A stretch of 64,000 nt of DNA. It comes from Lama guanicoe (Eukaryota). A program made the position numbers and the translations under genes. Below the pieces are notes generated by a model. It ran no database searches. It saw only the letters and a list, made by a program, of their open reading frames with translations, and was not told the DNA's origin. The DNA lies in assembly GCA_013239625.1 (NCBI GenBank), contig MU053594.1, positions 708,355 to 772,354 of the forward strand, given 5' to 3'. Of this stretch, positions 59,931-64,000 are shown piece by piece (the stretch's first letter is position 1; each line of letters opens with the position of its first letter).

Positions 59931-62279
59931 TGAACATGGGCAGAGAACTGTGGCTGGTGTCCGTATATACATATACATGTATATTTATAAAAATCCCTTT
60001 CATTCACTCAGCCATTTATAAAACTTGCAAATACCAAGCTCCTACTTTGTGGCAGGTGTTTTATGAGGTGCCAGGATAAAGTAGTGAATAAGACAGGCAC
60101 AGGACCTGCCCTGGAGGAGTTTAGAGTCAGAGGGAAAGAGAAACATTAAATTCGAGATTAAGCAAAGTGTGAGCTTTTAGACTATAACCAGAGGGTATGC
60201 TAAAAATATTTTTCAGACTGTACTCCATGGACACCTGCTCAGCACTGGAGCAGAGCTCTGGAGACCCTCCTCTGGGTCGGGTACGGCCACCTGAGTTGTG
60301 AGATCTTGGGGCATCTGAAGGCTCCTGTGTGAGGGGCAGGGTGACGGTGGCTGCTTACCACAGTGAAGAAGCATGTCAATATTTTAACAGCCTGATACAG
60401 CCATACCTGCGAGTGCCAGCTGTTTACTGGGCCTGGATCGGACACTGAACAGGGGAATACGCAACCTGGATCAGGTGTCAGCAACGGCTTATCTGATCAG
60501 GAGATGTTTAAGCTGAGACCCGAGGGTGGAGTAGGAGTCAAGGATTAGTGGGCATTGGGGGTGCTGGAGAGTGTTCCGGAGAAAGTAAGAGGTACTTGGG
60601 CATGCAGGGACCCACAGGTGAGAAAGAGCATGGCATAATTAAGGAGATACGAGTTTTTCACTATTTCTGACACATGGAGAGTGAAGGGAGGTGATCAGGG
60701 GTCATGTCAGCAACGCCGAGTGGGAGGAGGGGTGGAGCCTTAATTTGATGGCGATCACATGTCTCCCGCCCCACTGCATGGCAGACTGAAGGAGAAATCA
60801 AGTTCAACATTAGAAAAATGTTCATTTCATATTCGCTGGAGGGTCTGACCCATCACACAAGCCTGGCAGCTGAGAGAGGCTCTGAGTGCGTGGAGCACCC
60901 ACTCCTTCATGGTTTTACAGCTCTTGCTTAATGTCAGCTCCGCAGAGAGGTCTTCCTTGATTCCTCCATCTTGAACAGCATTTCCTCCTCCACGACCCGC
61001 TAGCCTCCTTTCCTCACTGCGTGTTTCTTCCTACGCTCACCCTGGACTCACGATCTGTATTTATTTAGGGTGTAAGCGCCACGAAAGTGGGGTCTTTGCT
61101 TCCCCAGCATCTAGAACACTCACTCACAGCCTTGGCAGGTGCTCAGGGATGTCTCTTGAGTGGGTCTTGAATGGCTGAAGAAAGACCCCAGGAAAGAAGG
61201 AGAGAAAGGCCAGTGCCGGGGGTGGGGATCGCCTTCAGGAAGGAGAGGTGCTGCTTGCTTACACAGGAGCCGCGAGGCAGCGGGTACAGGCACAGGGCAG
61301 CTGAAGGTGTTCCTTTCTGCCCTTTTCCTGTAGAAGAAGGAAGCAAGGCCCCTAACTGAGATGGAAGGGGCGTCTGAGGGAGGGGTTGGCTGGGCAAAGT
61401 GGAGACACTTTGTAGAATATGGACGAGTTGTCAAGAAATGTGAGGACTGTCAGGCAGCGCTGGTGTCAGAGCCCAGTTGAGAGGGACTTTAACCACATAT
61501 TGGCACGCAGGTGACTGGTTACGTGGTTTTTCTCCAGTGGCACCTCGCTGTCAGGTGTGAGCACAGAGATGGCAGGCAGATGATTTTCCAAGATGATTTT
61601 CCAAGAGAGGTGCGGAGCGAGAGCACTGAGTCAAGGGGGTGCTTGATTTGGGGGACTGTGTGGTTGACGCGCTGGACCAGGGGATGGATGCTGGATACGA
61701 AGGGAGGGAAAAGGAGAGAAGGACTTGGGGGAAGGTCTGGGAGTCAGCGAGGAGAAGTCTCAGCAAGGACAACGCCCTGGTTCCCTGGGGGCGGCTGAGC
61801 GAGGGAGCTGGCTGGGTCAGGGCAGAGTTGGAGCGCGGGGATTCTGAATCTGCATTTCTGATTCGGGCTGGCTGGCTGGGGTGCTGGTCAGCCCTGGGGT
61901 CTGGTTAAGGGGTGCGGCGGCTTAGACGGAGTGGAGGAGTCAAGAGTCTTCACTGGAGATGAAGAGGTCAGACTGTACGTTGGAGGATCTGTCCGCATAA
62001 GCACTGATGTCACCCAGGGTGATGGAGGGACTTCAGGAGAGAGGACGACCGTGAATGAAAGCCAAGGTCGTCACAGAGGACGGGCATAGTTAGGAGTCTG
62101 CTCGTGGCGGTGGAGCCGGATGGAACCGGATGGTCTTCCATCTTGTCGATTGAAGCTTGTTCCTCCTTGTGTTAATGCCATTGCTCTAAATGCCAGAGAA
62201 AGAGTCGTTCCGTTTCGTTCTTGACGTAGAGCTGCCTATGAGTTTTCTTTTCTGGGTCCTGTGCTTGTTCTCGCTTCTT

Positions 62280-63160
62280 CTTAATCTGAATTCATTCCCC
62301 AGGTGACCTCATTAGGTGCCAGGGGTTTCAACACACGCTCTGTGCTGACAGCTCCTACACATGTCCCCAGACTGGTCCTCTTGAACGGTCAGTCTATTCA
62401 AAATCTCCACTAGGATGTTCACGTGGATCTCAGACTTACAGTGTCCAGAACCAGACTCTGCTTTTCTTTCACTCCTTTTAGAGAAGAAACGGCAATTCCA
62501 TCCTTTTAACTGGTTAGTCCCGAAATCTGGAAGTGATCCTCGATGCTGCTCTCAAATCCACATCCACTCCATTACCCAGTCCTGCTGGTCTTACCGTCAG
62601 CAGAGCCAGACTCTGGCCATTGCCCGCCTCCACCTGAACCAGCTTGCTCCACGCACACCATCTGGTCCCACCTACATTATTGCCTCCTAATTGGTATCCT
62701 TACCTCCTTTCTTGCCCTCCTGTGGTCTGTTCTCTACCCAGCAGCCAGAGTGACAGTTTTAAAACTTAAGTCATGTCAGGCTTCTGCTAGAAATTGTCCC
62801 TTGGCTTTCTTTTTCAGTTGAAGAAAAAACCCAAAATTCTAACAGTAGTTTACAGACCCTGTGTGATCTAGCTCTGACTCCTCTCCTACCTCTTCAGCCT
62901 CTGCCCCACACCATCCCTTGTTCTCTGTTCTGGCCACTCTGCCCTCCCTGCTCTTTATCAAACACACCCAGCAAACCCCAACCCCAGGACCTTTGCACTT
63001 GTTGTTCTCGCTGCCCAACATATCTTTGTTCAGATATTTGAAAGGTTCAGTAGCTCACTTCTTTCAGGTCACTGTTCAATGTCATCTTTTCAGAGAGGAC
63101 AACTCTGACCTCCTCCCTCACCTGGACTGAATTATTGTCCATAGCACTTACCACTCCCTG
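62280..63160 (+). mobile_element. L2 LINE fragment
   Basis: ctccactaggatgttcac...cagcagccagagtga...aaaacttaagtcatgtc...ccaggacctttgcacttgttgtt...ctcacttctttcaggtcactgttcaatgtca. Confidence 0.7.
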
Positions 63161-63229
63161 ATTTAGCCACAATAGGTTAAATAGCGCTGTGGTGGTAACA
63201 GATCCTAAGGTTGAGTGGTTTATAACATA

Positions 63230-64000
63230 AAGGCATGCTGGAGCCAGCTTGTACTGGACCCAGAGAGCCAACTGTTAAATTTTAAGGAAATTTGTGAGTC
63301 AGTGTTAAGCACACTCATTATTAAAAGTTAAATTACATAAACTTACAATTAACAAACATATTAAAAATGAGTGCAGTATGTACTCAAAACATCTCAGTTC
63401 TCAAATGTTTTAGTATATTTTACTATTAACAATGTACACAAGATTTATTGTTATTACTCCCTATTACTATGACCTCTGTGCTAGTCTCTTTTATCTGGAC
63501 TGTGGAAATATTATATAATGATGTGCTGCTGTCTCTGCCTAACCCTAACTCCTCATCCCGTGACGGCGTGCTGAAATCAGCCATACTGGGAATATTTACA
63601 TATCACTGAAACCAGCACATGCTACAACTCAGGGTTTGATTGTTTTCTGTGTCTCTCTCTGCGCGTGTTTGTCTAGACTAAATAAAGTGACGGGGAAAAT
63701 ACGGATGGTGCAGATTAAACTGTGAGGTGTGTCACGCCTGCAGCCATCGCACTGAAGCCGTGTTCTAGCATTCAGAAACTTACGCCTGATTCGGTAGAGA
63801 GGGCGCTCACCATCGATGAGCGAGTGACGTTCTGACACCCAGGTCTTCAGTGTGTCACTTTCATTTTACTTGTTAACGTAAATGAATGTATCAACCAACA
63901 TACACAACTGTGCTCATCCATCAGTTGCAACCAGGGGTTGATTTTGGATACAAGACTTCAGCAAAAAATGACCCAAAGCATCTGCATCAATTGGACAGAT
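63230..64000 (+). mobile_element. hAT DNA transposon relic (MER63-like)
   Basis: Begins gctggagccagcttgtactggacccagagagccaactgttaaatttt, matching the MER63 terminus as recalled; the internal block at ~63580-63640 resembles 37110-37170. Confidence 0.65.

Noticed and set aside
43500..64000. NCAM1 3' exons or another gene upstream of TTC12
   Set aside because: No ORF or exon-like segment resembles NCAM1 or any protein I recognise. The region is dominated by repeat relics.

Overview
Mammalian genomic DNA, probably camelid (inferred from a tRNA-derived SINE that resembles the camel/alpaca Vic-1 type as I recall it). The left two-thirds hold the complete TTC12 gene (tetratricopeptide repeat domain 12, a TPR + armadillo-repeat dynein-arm assembly factor) on the minus strand. 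I traced 21 coding exons by hand, from ATG at 41649 to TGA at 3418-3420. All have GT-AG boundaries and consistent phases, and they sum to 2118 nt = 705 aa + stop, the length I recall for human TTC12. A putative non-coding first exon and CpG-island promoter lie at about 42.9-43.4 kb, with a perfect RFX X-box. The remainder (43.5-64 kb) is repeat-rich intergenic DNA (L1, L2, MIR, MaLR/ERVL LTRs, hAT DNA transposon relics, microsatellites). By known synteny (NCAM1-TTC12-ANKK1-DRD2), NCAM1 should lie to the right and ANKK1 to the left, but I found no exons of either. The most notable structure is a pair of related solo LTRs with 4-bp TSDs, both antisense to TTC12. The intronic copy has an expanded CCAAT/octamer enhancer array; the copy just past the stop codon keeps its TATA box but has lost its poly(A) signal. 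I did not find convincing evidence of a wholly new biological system. Repeat family names come from recalled consensus motifs, not from a database search.
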